Part shown: positions 44,911 through 54,131 of the stretch, piece by piece
How positions within the stretch are numbered: position 1 is the first letter of the stretch
How the letters are laid out: each line of letters begins with the position of its first letter
Source of the DNA: an uncultured Candidatus Saccharibacteria bacterium
GTDB taxonomy: Bacteria; Patescibacteriota; Minisyncoccia; UBA6257; 2-01-FULL-56-20
Length of the DNA: 64,000 bases
NCBI GenBank assembly: GCA_964646415.1
Contig: CAZYEL010000002.1
Span: 8,538 to 72,537, forward strand
Direction: 5' to 3'
Made by a program: the position numbers and the translations under genes
Notes under the pieces: model-generated
Told to the model about the DNA's origin: nothing
The model's database searches: none
Seen by the model: only the letters and a program-made list of their open reading frames with translations

Positions 44911-45705
44911 TTACTTGTGCCTCATGCTACCACATTTTTCCGCTGCCTTCAAAATTCCCAAGAACTCCTTTGGCTTCAAACTTGCCCCGCCGACAAGCGC
45001 GCCGCCGATTTCGGGCTCGCGCAAAAATGAACCGGCATTCTTCGCGTTTACGGAGCCGCCGTACAAGACAGCAAGTGGCAAATAGCAAATGGCAAGTAGC
45101 TGGGATTTTATGAAGCGAATCATCTCGACGGCGTTTTTGGGGTCGTCCGCGGCGTGAGTCGGGTCGCCTCCACTGATTGCCCACACCGGCTCGTACGTGA
45201 TAGATAGCTTTAAGCCTTGAACTTCAAGCTTCAAGTGGTCAATGCCACTCAAATCCTCTCTAAGCTGCCGCTCCACGAAGCGCTTCGCGGCGGGAATGCC
45301 CTTGCGGCGCACCTCTTTCGACTCCCCCACGCAGAGAATTACGTGTAACCCCGCCTTGAGCGCGGCGAGTACTTTCTTGTTCACCATCACATCGGTCTCC
45401 GCGAGATTGTGCCGCCGCTCGGAGTGCCCGACAATCACATACTCCACGTTTGAACTTTTGAGCATCGCCGCCGACACCTCGCCCGTAAAAGCACCCGCCT
45501 CTTCCCAAAACACGTCCTGCGCGCCGAACTTCACCTTCCCCGTCGACTCATGCGACATATCGGTGAGCCACACGAAAGGCGGGCAAAGCACCACGTCCAC
45601 TTTCTTGGGAGAAGATTTGATAACCGCCTCCGCCAACTGCTCCGCCTCCTTGTAGGTAGGAGGGTTCATCTTCCAATTGGCGATGATGAGTTTATTCACA
45701 GGCAT
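44911..45705 (-). CDS. tpiA: Triosephosphate isomerase
   Basis: The motifs ANWKMN, VGHSERR, YEPVWAI and YGGSV. Confidence 0.9.
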   Translation of the reverse strand: MPVNKLIIANWKMNPPTYKEAEQLAEAVIKSSPKKVDVVLCPPFVWLTDMSHESTGKVKFGAQDVFWEEAGAFTGEVSAAMLKSSNVEYVIVGHSERRHNLAETDVMVNKKVLAALKAGLHVILCVGESKEVRRKGIPAAKRFVERQLREDLSGIDHLKLEVQGLKLSITYEPVWAISGGDPTHAADDPKNAVEMIRFIKSQLLAICYLPLAVLYGGSVNAKNAGSFLREPEIGGALVGGASLKPKEFLGILKAAEKCGSMRHK

Positions 45706-45744
45706 ATTGGGATTTTAACACAAAGCCGTAGCAAACAAGGAACT

Positions 45745-46245
45745 TCAATTCTTGATCAAAGAAAACTCAAGAAAGTTGAGTACTTTATTTTTAAGTTCAT
45801 CAAAAGAGGAAACATGTTTGTCGCTTCTTTCTGCGATTATGATTGACAAGTTATAGTAGCCATACTCTTCCGGCCTAAAATCATTGAAATCATGGAAGCT
45901 ATCATAATTCGGAAATAATTCTCTTAGCTTAGTTTGATAATCTTTTTTTGTTTTGCCTGCAATATCGTGATCGTTGTAGAAAATAAAGAATAGCGTAGTG
46001 GCTAGAGCAACTCTTTTATTGCCGTTCGAGAAGAAGTGCCCTTTGCTGATTTGGACGAGCAGATAAGCCGCTTTTTCAATAACGGTGGGATAAAAATCCA
46101 TCTGTACTCCTCGCAAAACACCGCATAATTTCTCTACGCCATTTTTTTCTAACGAGAAATCAGGAACACTTTCATGTGAAGAAAAGTGGTCTTTAACAAC
46201 TTCAAAAATAGCCCTCAAATCATCCGGGTCTACATAAATCACCAT
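45745..46245 (-). CDS. doc: Doc-family (Fic/Doc) toxin
   Basis: The Doc signature HFFSNGNKRVALATT (HxFx(D/N)GNKR). It lies in an AT-rich island. Confidence 0.75.
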   Translation of the reverse strand: MVIYVDPDDLRAIFEVVKDHFSSHESVPDFSLEKNGVEKLCGVLRGVQMDFYPTVIEKAAYLLVQISKGHFFSNGNKRVALATTLFFIFYNDHDIAGKTKKDYQTKLRELFPNYDSFHDFNDFRPEEYGYYNLSIIIAERSDKHVSSFDELKNKVLNFLEFSLIKN

Positions 46246-46253
46246 TGATATCT

Positions 46254-46424
46254 CTATCTATCCGCAAGCCGTTCCAAAGCCCTGCCAAACCTAGTACTCA
46301 CAATGCTGGAGACCGATTCCCGGCGGCGCTTCACTTCACGATTTTCACGCTCGGTTTTAACATCCTTTCTTTCATTATTCTCTCTCCCCTTATTTTGGAA
46401 AAAGGACTTGATTTTATTGACCAT
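46254..46424 (-). CDS. Small charged ORF immediately upstream of doc, a putative antitoxin
   Basis: The minus strand encodes MVNKIKSFFQNKGRENNERKDVKTERENREVKRRRESVSSIVSTRFGRALERLADR*, ending 8 nt before the doc ATG. It is not in the ORF track (under 60 aa). No recognisable Phd fold. Confidence 0.3.
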   Translation of the reverse strand: MVNKIKSFFQNKGRENNERKDVKTERENREVKRRRESVSSIVSTRFGRALERLADR

Positions 46425-46631
46425 GATATGGATTTGCTAGAGATACAATTATTGTAGCACAAGCCCCTAGGTTAGTTGGGGACAGGGCCACATAGTAAAA
46501 CACGGTTCTTCATAGCATTGCAATATCGCCGGTTGGCAACAATAAGTTTGTGCGCGTTCATTTTTAATTCTATTTGCACAAAAAAAGCTTTGCGGGAGAG
46601 TTGGAATTGATGTATTATGCTTTCTGTTTGA

Positions 46632-46703
46632 AGGCCCCATCGTCTAGTGGTTAGGACACTGCGTTCTCAGCGCAGGAACAGGAGTTCGATTCTCCTTGGG
46701 GCT
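46632..46703 (+). tRNA. tRNA-Glu (anticodon CUC)
   Basis: I built the cloverleaf by hand. Acceptor GGCCCCA/TGGGGCT (G1-U72), D-arm GTCT-AGTGGTTA-GGAC, anticodon stem CTGCG/CGCAG with loop TTCTCAG, T-arm AGGAG-TTCGATT-CTCCT, discriminator A. No CCA is encoded. Confidence 0.85.
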
Positions 46704-47502
46704 ACGGATAAAATGTTTTACTATCGTGCACGAGCTTAATACGTCCGATATTGAGAAACAGGAAGCTATTGTCCGCCGAATTACTCACCAAAGATTGGGT
46801 GGATTCTGCACTTACCTTAATAAAGCAATCGATGTCTTGATCAAGCTTTATTACAGGTTGCCAAAAATAAAGGACGTAGAAACTCTTGAAGATAGATATC
46901 TATCTGATCTCGGTTACTGGCTTTATATGTCTACATTCACATTTCGATCTTGTTTCCTTCTCATCGAAAACGGTTATTATCTTGAAGCAAATATAATATG
47001 TCGAAGTCTGATCGAGATTTATGTAAAAATGCGCTATTTTGAGAACCGTAAGGATCAATTAGAAACTTTCGAGCAGCCACATATCAATTCTAAGAAGAGA
47101 CCCACGGTGAACTTTAAAACAATGTTTGATGAGGTTTTGCCAGGATACTACGATGAAGTCTATAGATTTATGCTTTCTCATATGGCTCATGGTGGGGTAG
47201 GGGCTCGACTTTTCAAAGTCAGATTCAGATCGCCGACAAATATGGAAGCAGACCAAGGCGTTGTATTCAATGAAGAGTGGGGTAGTATGGTAATTAATAA
47301 TTTAAGTAGTTATATTTTTGGTTATATAAGGTTTTATAAACACATCTACCCCGATACCATAAAAGGATTAGAGCCCGATGTGATTAAAGAACTATTATCA
47401 GTGGAGAAAACTTTAGAGACTAATTTTAATCAGCATATCCAGCTTAAAGGAAAAGAAAATGCTTGGCATAAAGTTTCCCGGCAAATCTGGGATTTCAAGT
47501 AG
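46696..47502 (+). CDS. Hypothetical protein in the AT-rich island adjacent to tRNA-Glu; possible HEPN/Abi-like
   Basis: AT-rich codon usage and no clear family. The motif RFMLSHMAH fits an Rx4H HEPN-like motif. The track ORF start overlaps the tRNA, so the true start is probably internal (for example the GTG giving VHELNT at about 46726). Confidence 0.4.
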   Translation: MGLRIKCFTIVHELNTSDIEKQEAIVRRITHQRLGGFCTYLNKAIDVLIKLYYRLPKIKDVETLEDRYLSDLGYWLYMSTFTFRSCFLLIENGYYLEANIICRSLIEIYVKMRYFENRKDQLETFEQPHINSKKRPTVNFKTMFDEVLPGYYDEVYRFMLSHMAHGGVGARLFKVRFRSPTNMEADQGVVFNEEWGSMVINNLSSYIFGYIRFYKHIYPDTIKGLEPDVIKELLSVEKTLETNFNQHIQLKGKENAWHKVSRQIWDFK

Positions 47503-47513
47503 ATTAGAGATTA

Positions 47514-48803
47514 CTACCCCACCTTAATCTCCCCCACCACCTCCTCAAGATGCATCGCGTGCGAGCCCTTCACAAGCACGAGGTCTCCTTTTTGAATCAG
47601 GTTATGCACCGGATTCGCCGCATCTTCCGCCGTATCGAAACTCATAATGCGGTCGCGGGGAACGCCGGCATGGAGGGCGGCGTCGGCAATGAGCTTCGCG
47701 TGCGCGCCCACGGTGACGATTATGTCCGCGCATTTCGCGGCGAGCCGCCCGGCTGATTCATGCGCCTGCATCGCGAACGAGCCGATTTCAAGCATATCGC
47801 CCAGAACCGCGACGCGGCGGGTTCCCGGAAGGTCGCGGAGCGTCTCGAGTGCGCTCCGCATCGAGAGCGGACTTGCGTTGTACGAGTCGTCGAGCACGCA
47901 CGACTCCTTTACTCCCGCATGCAAATCCATACGTCCCTCTGCAGGCACATAGCGCTTCAATGCCTCGGAAATCGTGACGAGGTTCATGCCGAAAATCAAC
48001 CCGACGGACGCCGCCGCGCCCGCCGCGTACGCGTGCGCGCGCCCGAAGGCGTTGTCGAGCCGCACCGGCACGAAACTGCCGCCGTGCTCTATCTTAAACG
48101 AAATGCCGAGCGGCTTCCCTTCGAAGACCTTGTGCTCGAACCGCGCGAGCGCAACTTCCGCGCCGTCCCCGAATCCGTAAGTGCATACGTGCGCGCGCGT
48201 CTGGTCTTTAAGCGCCATGACCGCCGGGTCGTCGTGATTCAGCACCGCGAACCCCGCGGCGGGAAGGCTCTCGATAAGCCGCGCCTTTTCGCGGGCGACC
48301 TCCCCGGGATTCGCATAGAACTCCACATGCACCGGCACCTCGCCTATCGCCGTGATAACGCTCACGCTCGGCCGCGCAATCGAAAGGAGTTCCTTGATGT
48401 CCCCGGGTTTGTCCGCACCGTATTCAAGCACAAGAATCTCCGGATACTTCTTCTTCGGCAGAAAAAGAAACTGCGCCATGCCGCCGCAGAGCACCCGAAA
48501 CCAAAAAAACGCCTTGCGCACGGGCTGCCCCGGAGGAGCTTCCCTGCTCACGAGTCTCGCCGCAGCATCTCCCCACTCTCCCAAAATGGCGACAGGGAGC
48601 CCCAAATCGTTATTCAAATTCCCCGGCGCGGCGCGCACCCGCCGGGCCGCCCCGAGCACGGCGGCAATCGCAAGCTTTGCGGAAGTCTTGCCGACGCTCC
48701 CCGTTACCCCCACGATATCCGGCTCGAACCGCCACAATGTAAGCCGCGCAAGCGTTTTCAATTTCCAACGCAACATACTACGCACAAAATTTCTCATACT
48801 CAT
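47514..48803 (-). CDS. murF: UDP-N-acetylmuramoyl-tripeptide--D-alanyl-D-alanine ligase
   Basis: The Mur ligase P-loop GVTGSVGKTS, the central domain and the C-terminal GSHAMHLE. Confidence 0.9.
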   Translation of the reverse strand: MSMRNFVRSMLRWKLKTLARLTLWRFEPDIVGVTGSVGKTSAKLAIAAVLGAARRVRAAPGNLNNDLGLPVAILGEWGDAAARLVSREAPPGQPVRKAFFWFRVLCGGMAQFLFLPKKKYPEILVLEYGADKPGDIKELLSIARPSVSVITAIGEVPVHVEFYANPGEVAREKARLIESLPAAGFAVLNHDDPAVMALKDQTRAHVCTYGFGDGAEVALARFEHKVFEGKPLGISFKIEHGGSFVPVRLDNAFGRAHAYAAGAAASVGLIFGMNLVTISEALKRYVPAEGRMDLHAGVKESCVLDDSYNASPLSMRSALETLRDLPGTRRVAVLGDMLEIGSFAMQAHESAGRLAAKCADIIVTVGAHAKLIADAALHAGVPRDRIMSFDTAEDAANPVHNLIQKGDLVLVKGSHAMHLEEVVGEIKVG

Positions 48804-48835
48804 GACTTATAACTTATAACGAATGCCGTTATTAG

Positions 48836-50503
48836 TCATAAGTTATTAGTTTTTGCCGCACTCGGCAGCCTGTCCGGCGGCACGTTGTAATAATTTAGCA
48901 TGAATTGCGCAAGGCTTTGGAACGCGGGCACGACGGAGAAGCCCGCAAGCGGCGCATCGGGCGGCTGGTCGAGCTTGATAAGAATGACAAAGCGGGGGTT
49001 GGTTGCCGGCCCGAATCCGACGTACGTATTGACAACATTTTCGGTATACCCTCCTTTTTTGAAATCAGGCACGAACGCGGTGCCGGTTTTCCCCGCAATG
49101 GCGTATCCGTTCACGCGGGCAACCGCCGCCCGGTCGACTGCGGACACCATCATGCCGGTGACCTGCCGCGCGGCATCCTCGCTCACCGCGCGCCGCACCA
49201 CTTTTGGTCCAAGACTCGCATCAACATACGGGCGCATAAGATTCCCGCCGTTCGCAATCGCGCCCACGGCCTGGAGAAGTCCGAGCGGCGTCACCGCAAT
49301 CCCCTGCCCGTAAGAAGCGGTGGCAAACACGATATCGCGCGCCCCCCGTTCGAGAAGCGGCCGGAGACTCCCCTTCACCTCGCCGGGGAGCGTAATGCCG
49401 GTCTTCTGGTCCAGCCCGAAGCGCCGGAGATATTCCAAAAAGGGAACATTGCCAAGCTTCTGCTGCGCGAACACCGCGCCGGTGTTCAACGAATGCTCGA
49501 TTGCATACGTCATGGAAACCTTCCCATGCTCACCGCGCGTCGCATAATCGAAATTTTTGATGGTATACCCGTTCATCGTGAGCATGCCTTTATCAACATA
49601 GGTGGTACTCGAAGCAATTTTCCCCGCGTCGATGGCGCCCGCCATGGTAACCACCTTGAGCACCGAGCCAGGCTCGTAAATCCGCTGCACCGAAGGATTC
49701 ATGAAATGCTCAAGCGGAAAAGTCCTGTAGGAATTCGGGTCGAATGTCGGGTAGCTCCCCATCGCGAGAATTTTCCCCGTCTTCGGTTCCGCGATGAGGA
49801 TGCTCCCTCCCTGCGCGCGGTATTCCGCCACAAGGTCTTTCAAGACGCGCTCCGTCTCGGCCTGAATGGTGGGGTCAAGCGTGAGCACCACATCCCCGCC
49901 GGATTGTGATGCGGTGAATTTTCCGTCTTCTTCGACTCCCGGCACGCCCTTCAGCGTGTCGTCAAAAAACTCCTCCACCCCGTACCGCCCCTTTTCCGCC
50001 TCGCCGCTTGCATCCGGCGCCACAAATCCCAGGACCTGCGCCCCAAGCGTCCCGTTCGGATATGACCTTCCGGACATGGCATCCACATATATTCCCTTCA
50101 AGTCCAGCGCCGCAACGGCGCCTGCCGTCGCCTCATCGGGCCGCTTTGAAAGAAGCACGTACAAACTGCCCTGCCGCGAAAACTTCGCGCGAAGCTCGTC
50201 GACGGAAAGGGGCACCACTCCCGCAAGAGTGTTCGCCGCCTCTTCAGGGTCGTCGATTTCTTTGGGAACGGCGTAGATGGTCGGAAAATCTTTGTTGAGC
50301 GCCATAGGAAACCGCGTGCCGTCTTTTCCCGTAAAATAAACAAGCCCCCGCGGCGCCTCAAACGACGCTATGGCGCGGTACTGCGACTGCGCACGGGCAA
50401 GAAATTGCTCCCCGCGCACAAGCTGCAGGTCGTACAAGCGGCCAATGAGGGCAAGATACCCGAGTGCGATGCCGAATATCACTGCCCCGAAACGGAACGC
50501 CAT
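48836..50503 (-). CDS. ftsI: Penicillin-binding protein 2 / FtsI-type transpeptidase
   Basis: An N-terminal transmembrane helix, the dimerisation domain, and the transpeptidase motifs (SVLK-like, SxN, KTG: AGKTGTA). Confidence 0.9.
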   Translation of the reverse strand: MAFRFGAVIFGIALGYLALIGRLYDLQLVRGEQFLARAQSQYRAIASFEAPRGLVYFTGKDGTRFPMALNKDFPTIYAVPKEIDDPEEAANTLAGVVPLSVDELRAKFSRQGSLYVLLSKRPDEATAGAVAALDLKGIYVDAMSGRSYPNGTLGAQVLGFVAPDASGEAEKGRYGVEEFFDDTLKGVPGVEEDGKFTASQSGGDVVLTLDPTIQAETERVLKDLVAEYRAQGGSILIAEPKTGKILAMGSYPTFDPNSYRTFPLEHFMNPSVQRIYEPGSVLKVVTMAGAIDAGKIASSTTYVDKGMLTMNGYTIKNFDYATRGEHGKVSMTYAIEHSLNTGAVFAQQKLGNVPFLEYLRRFGLDQKTGITLPGEVKGSLRPLLERGARDIVFATASYGQGIAVTPLGLLQAVGAIANGGNLMRPYVDASLGPKVVRRAVSEDAARQVTGMMVSAVDRAAVARVNGYAIAGKTGTAFVPDFKKGGYTENVVNTYVGFGPATNPRFVILIKLDQPPDAPLAGFSVVPAFQSLAQFMLNYYNVPPDRLPSAAKTNNL

Positions 50504-50796
50504 TGTGTATCCACCGCTACATACACCGGATTTTTCTCCCGGACGAGCGACCTCAATTCCGCGAACGCGGCAAGATGCGCAGTATCAAAAAGAGAAAGGA
50601 GATTGCTCTTCAGTCTGGCGTTTTCCGCTTCCTGCCTCTGAAGTGCGGCGGTTGCGGCGCTTATGCCCCTTTCGAAACTCATGGAGCGATTATATGCAAA
50701 TACAAGCGACCCGGCGCCCGCAATCATTATAAAGACCATACATGCAAGTATAACCGTAAGAATACTTTTTTTATTGTGAGGTTTGATAAAAGTCAT
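50479..50796 (-). CDS. ftsL: FtsL-like cell-division protein
   Basis: A small bitopic protein with one transmembrane helix followed by a coiled coil (ALQRQEAENARLKSNLLSL). It sits between rsmH and ftsI. Confidence 0.6.
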   Translation of the reverse strand: MTFIKPHNKKSILTVILACMVFIMIAGAGSLVFAYNRSMSFERGISAATAALQRQEAENARLKSNLLSLFDTAHLAAFAELRSLVREKNPVYVAVDTQWRSVSGQ

Positions 50797-50852
50797 GAAA
50801 GTAGAACTTAGGATTTAGCCATTAGAAGTTATGAGTGTCTAATTTCTACTGG

Positions 50853-51734
50853 CTAAGTTCTAATGGCTATCCGTGCGGCGCGCAGTTTTGCCGAACGACT
50901 CCGGGGATTCACTGCAATTTCTTCCTCGGAAGCAGTCACGGGCTTTTTGGTGATAATTTCGAGCGCCCCCTGCGCCGCCATCTCCCGAAACATTGTTTTC
51001 ACGATTCTGTCTTCGAGCGAATGGAATGAAATAATCACGACGCGTCCTCCGACACGCACTATCTTCGGCAACTCCAGAATCACGCGGCGGAGATTTTCAA
51101 GTTCGCCGTTCGCGTAAATCCGCAGGGCCTGGAAGGTGCGCGTGGCGGGGTGTATCCTCCCCCGTTCGTAATTTCCCGGAACCGCCGCGAAAACGGTTTC
51201 CGCAAGTTCCTTCGAAGTCAGAATCGGCGTCTGCTTCTCCCGCATCGCAATCGCCCGGGCAATCCGCATCGCGTATCGTTCTTCGCCGTAATCGCGGATA
51301 ATCCGCACCAGCTCGCGCTCGGGAGTTTTCCGGAGCAGGACCGCGACAGGCTCGCGGCTTCCGTCGTAGGTCATGAGAAGCGGCTCATCCCGCTCGAAGC
51401 TGAATCCCCGGGGCATATCCAGCTGTTCCGACGAGAACCCCAAGTCAAGGAGCAATCCATCCGCGTTCGGCAGGTTTCGCTCCGCGAGAATTTCCGGAAG
51501 GTCGGCGTAATTGCCATGGACAAGCACTATGTTTTCGCTATTCGCCATCCGCTCTTTGCTCTTTGCGAGCACGCGCTCATCCCAATCGATTCCCAAAAGT
51601 TTCCCGTCCGGTTTAACTTTTTCAAGAATCGCTTTCGCATGTCCCCCGCCGTTCACCGTCCCGTCAATTACGAACTTCCCCGGCGCAAGCGCCAGATATT
51701 GCAAAACTTCTTCTAAAAGAACAGGCGTATGCAT
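50853..51734 (-). CDS. rsmH: 16S rRNA (cytosine1402-N4)-methyltransferase
   Basis: The start MHTPVLLEEV and the motif DGTVNGGGHA. I trimmed it to the ATG at 51734; the track M at 51752 is a TTG. Confidence 0.9.
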   Translation of the reverse strand: MHTPVLLEEVLQYLALAPGKFVIDGTVNGGGHAKAILEKVKPDGKLLGIDWDERVLAKSKERMANSENIVLVHGNYADLPEILAERNLPNADGLLLDLGFSSEQLDMPRGFSFERDEPLLMTYDGSREPVAVLLRKTPERELVRIIRDYGEERYAMRIARAIAMREKQTPILTSKELAETVFAAVPGNYERGRIHPATRTFQALRIYANGELENLRRVILELPKIVRVGGRVVIISFHSLEDRIVKTMFREMAAQGALEIITKKPVTASEEEIAVNPRSRSAKLRAARIAIRT

Positions 51735-51802
51735 GACGATGACGAATGACAATAACTATGACTGCACTCTAAACATTTGCCGCGTCATCGTCATGGTCAT
51801 CG

Positions 51803-52234
51803 TTAAATTCCAAGTTCCCCCAGCTTCTCCGCAATTTCTTCCGACGCCCCTTCCGTCTTCCGCTTGTACTCCGCCCATCGGGCGCTGTCCCAAATCTCCG
51901 CTCTGCTGTGGAGCCCCGCAAACGTCACTTCTTTCGAAAGACCCGCATACTTCCGGAGATAATCGGGAACAAGAATCCTTCCCTGACCGTCGAGCGCCAC
52001 ATCCATCGCGCCCGCAAGCATAAGCCGTACGAACGCCCGCGAGTTCGCCTGCGCGAGCGGCAGGGCAACCAGCTTCGCCGCAAGCGCTTCCCACTCCTTC
52101 GTCGCAAACAAAAACAAACAATTGTCCAAACCGCGCGTGATGATGGTGCCGACGCCAAGCGCGTCCTTAAACTTGGCCGGTATTGCCACCCGACCTTTTG
52201 AATCCATTGTGTGGTTGTATTCTCCGAGCAACAT
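51803..52234 (-). CDS. mraZ: Transcriptional regulator MraZ
   Basis: The duplicated MraZ domains with DxxxR motifs (MDSKGRVAIP, LDGQGRILVP). Confidence 0.9.
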   Translation of the reverse strand: MLLGEYNHTMDSKGRVAIPAKFKDALGVGTIITRGLDNCLFLFATKEWEALAAKLVALPLAQANSRAFVRLMLAGAMDVALDGQGRILVPDYLRKYAGLSKEVTFAGLHSRAEIWDSARWAEYKRKTEGASEEIAEKLGELGI

Positions 52235-52242
52235 GTTGCTTT

Positions 52243-52312
52243 ATCAACGAATACCGAATGGATTGCGAATTTACGAATTCGTACATTCGAAATAGATTCG
52301 TTATTCGCTGAT
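52243..52312 (-). repeat. Conserved leader element, copy A, ending 8 nt upstream of the mraZ ATG
   Basis: Plus strand atcaacgaataccgaatgg...ttcgttattcgctgat. It has about 19-bp terminal inverted repeats and shares both arms with the copies at 58777..58859 and 59411..59489. Confidence 0.75.
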
Positions 52313-52515
52313 GGTTATACCCAGAAGTGAGGACTTATCCACAGCTTTATCCACTTCCCCCCACTTTGATACAATCTTATACCACTTTTATCTACTGTCA
52401 AAACAATTAAAAACTCGCGAGGAAAACAAAAAATGCCTTATTTTTCAAGGCAATTCTCAAGACAAGACACAAACTATGCACAGTTCCCCTTTACGGGGGC
52501 TTCCCCACTCTCGAT

Positions 52516-53205
52516 TCAGGCCTTTCCGCGAACAAGTTTAAGATTTTTCACTTCCTCATACACGGTCCCGAAAACCATCCCCAGGAAAAAACCGTAGATG
52601 TATTCCTCAAGAGGGATTCCAAGAACAAGCACGCCCCATGTTCCCTGAAAATTCCACTCGCGCACGATGAACCCCCCGAACGCGAAGTCCACGAAGCGCA
52701 GCACAAGCACATACAGCGCCATGAACGTAACGCCCGCGAGCGCGCTTGGCTTTGCAAGGTCCGGGCGCGTCACAAGGAAGTAAGGCGCGAGGAGCGTCAC
52801 CACAATGAACCATGCCCAAAGAACGGAGTAGGACGTATATAACTTCACGAACACGAGAACGGCGGTGGACAAAAGAAGCGAACCGTAAATCATGTACGCG
52901 TGCGCGCGGCGGGGATGGAAACGCCGCGAGGGGACAAGCGCGTAGCCGAAAATCTCTTCATAGAGCGACGCGGCGACCCCGCCGATAAAAAAAGTGTGGA
53001 GCAGGCTCTCGACGTCGAACAGCCCGAAGAATTTGTGTATCACCGCCGGATTCCAGTATTCGGGCACAAAAAGCGGCTGGGTGAATCCGAACGGAAGAAA
53101 CAGGAAACTCACGAACAAAATCTCGTACCGGAGGTCTTTGCGGTAGAGAAAAAGCGCGAGCCATATAAGGCCGAAGATAACCGAGGAAGTGAGGTATGCG
53201 TACAT
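52516..53205 (-). CDS. Lycopene-cyclase-domain membrane protein (CrtYcd-like)
   Basis: Polytopic, with PLEEY-type motifs (IPLEEYIYGF). Confidence 0.45.
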   Translation of the reverse strand: MYAYLTSSVIFGLIWLALFLYRKDLRYEILFVSFLFLPFGFTQPLFVPEYWNPAVIHKFFGLFDVESLLHTFFIGGVAASLYEEIFGYALVPSRRFHPRRAHAYMIYGSLLLSTAVLVFVKLYTSYSVLWAWFIVVTLLAPYFLVTRPDLAKPSALAGVTFMALYVLVLRFVDFAFGGFIVREWNFQGTWGVLVLGIPLEEYIYGFFLGMVFGTVYEEVKNLKLVRGKA

Positions 53206-53209
53206 GGCA

Positions 53210-53959
53210 TTACGCCTTTCCCAAAAATACCTTCTCCAATATCCCGCTCTCCACTATTTTTTTCGATTCTCCTTCCGCAACTACTTTTCCTTTATCGAGC
53301 ACATACGCGCGGCTCGCGATGGAAAGTAGGGAAACAAGATTATGCTCCACGATAAGTATCGCGGTTCGGTGCCGGCCTGCCCGCCGAAACCTCAGCGTAG
53401 GCGGGTCGCTTATTTCTTTTATTTTTGCAAACACTTCTTTCACGATTTTGGGAGCCAAGCCAAGCGAGGGCTCGTCCAAGAGCAATACTTTGGGTTCGGT
53501 AATCATGCCGCGCGCAATTGCGAGCATCTGCTGCTCGCCGCCGGAGAGCATTCCCGCACTGCGGCTCCGCTTGTGTTTCAAGACCGGAAAGAAGTCCATC
53601 ACCTCCACGATGCGCCGCTTTCGCTCTGTTTTGTCTTTTACCAAAAATCCCCCCACCTCCAAATTTTCTTCGACGTTCAATCCCGTGAACACCCGCCGCC
53701 CCTGCGGCACGAAAGAAATACCGCGTGCAACAATTTCGTGCGGCACCGGCTTGATTGCTGCGCCATGCCAACGCACCTCACCGCTTTCGAGAGGCGCGAG
53801 TCCGAATATCGCTTTCAAGATGGTGGACTTCCCCGCTCCGTTCGGCCCCATGAACGCCACCACTTCCCCCTCGTCAAGTGAAACGCTCGCGCCGTCGAGT
53901 GCTTTGACACCGCCATAATGCACATGCACATTGTTTACTTGTAGTAACATGTCTTTCAT
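53210..53959 (-). CDS. livF: Branched-chain amino acid ABC transporter ATP-binding protein (LivF-like)
   Basis: Walker A GPNGAGKST, signature LSGGEQQM, Walker B LLLDEP. It has about 11 extra residues (PPTLRFRRAGRH) before the H-loop. Confidence 0.85.
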   Translation of the reverse strand: MKDMLLQVNNVHVHYGGVKALDGASVSLDEGEVVAFMGPNGAGKSTILKAIFGLAPLESGEVRWHGAAIKPVPHEIVARGISFVPQGRRVFTGLNVEENLEVGGFLVKDKTERKRRIVEVMDFFPVLKHKRSRSAGMLSGGEQQMLAIARGMITEPKVLLLDEPSLGLAPKIVKEVFAKIKEISDPPTLRFRRAGRHRTAILIVEHNLVSLLSIASRAYVLDKGKVVAEGESKKIVESGILEKVFLGKA

Positions 53960-54046
53960 AAATTCTAAATTCTAATATCGAAATTCGAAACAATATCTAA
54001 TTTCAAATGTTTAAAATTCAAAACGGTTTGGGTTATTGTCCTCCAA

Positions 54047-54060
54047 AGGCGGATCCGCCT
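54047..54060. repeat. REP-like palindrome aGGCGGATCCGCCt in the livG-livF spacer
   Basis: The 12-bp perfect core GGCGGATCCGCC. A second copy at 54950..54961 has a similar flank, ctcc..ag/GGCGGATCCGCC/t.cgg.gg. Confidence 0.6.
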
Positions 54061-54131
54061 CGGGCGGAAGATTTTGAACATTGGGATTTGTTTAGGATTT
54101 CGGATTTAGATATTAGGATTTGTGGCGAGCT

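Noticed and set aside
45040-45110. An apparent insertion in tpiA encoded by the repeated gcaa(a/g)tagc DNA motif (protein ...SQLLAICYLPLAVLYGGSV)
   Set aside because: The length between the conserved IR... and YGGSV motifs equals that of Escherichia coli TpiA (22 residues), so there is no insertion. The DNA repeat is coincidental codon repetition.
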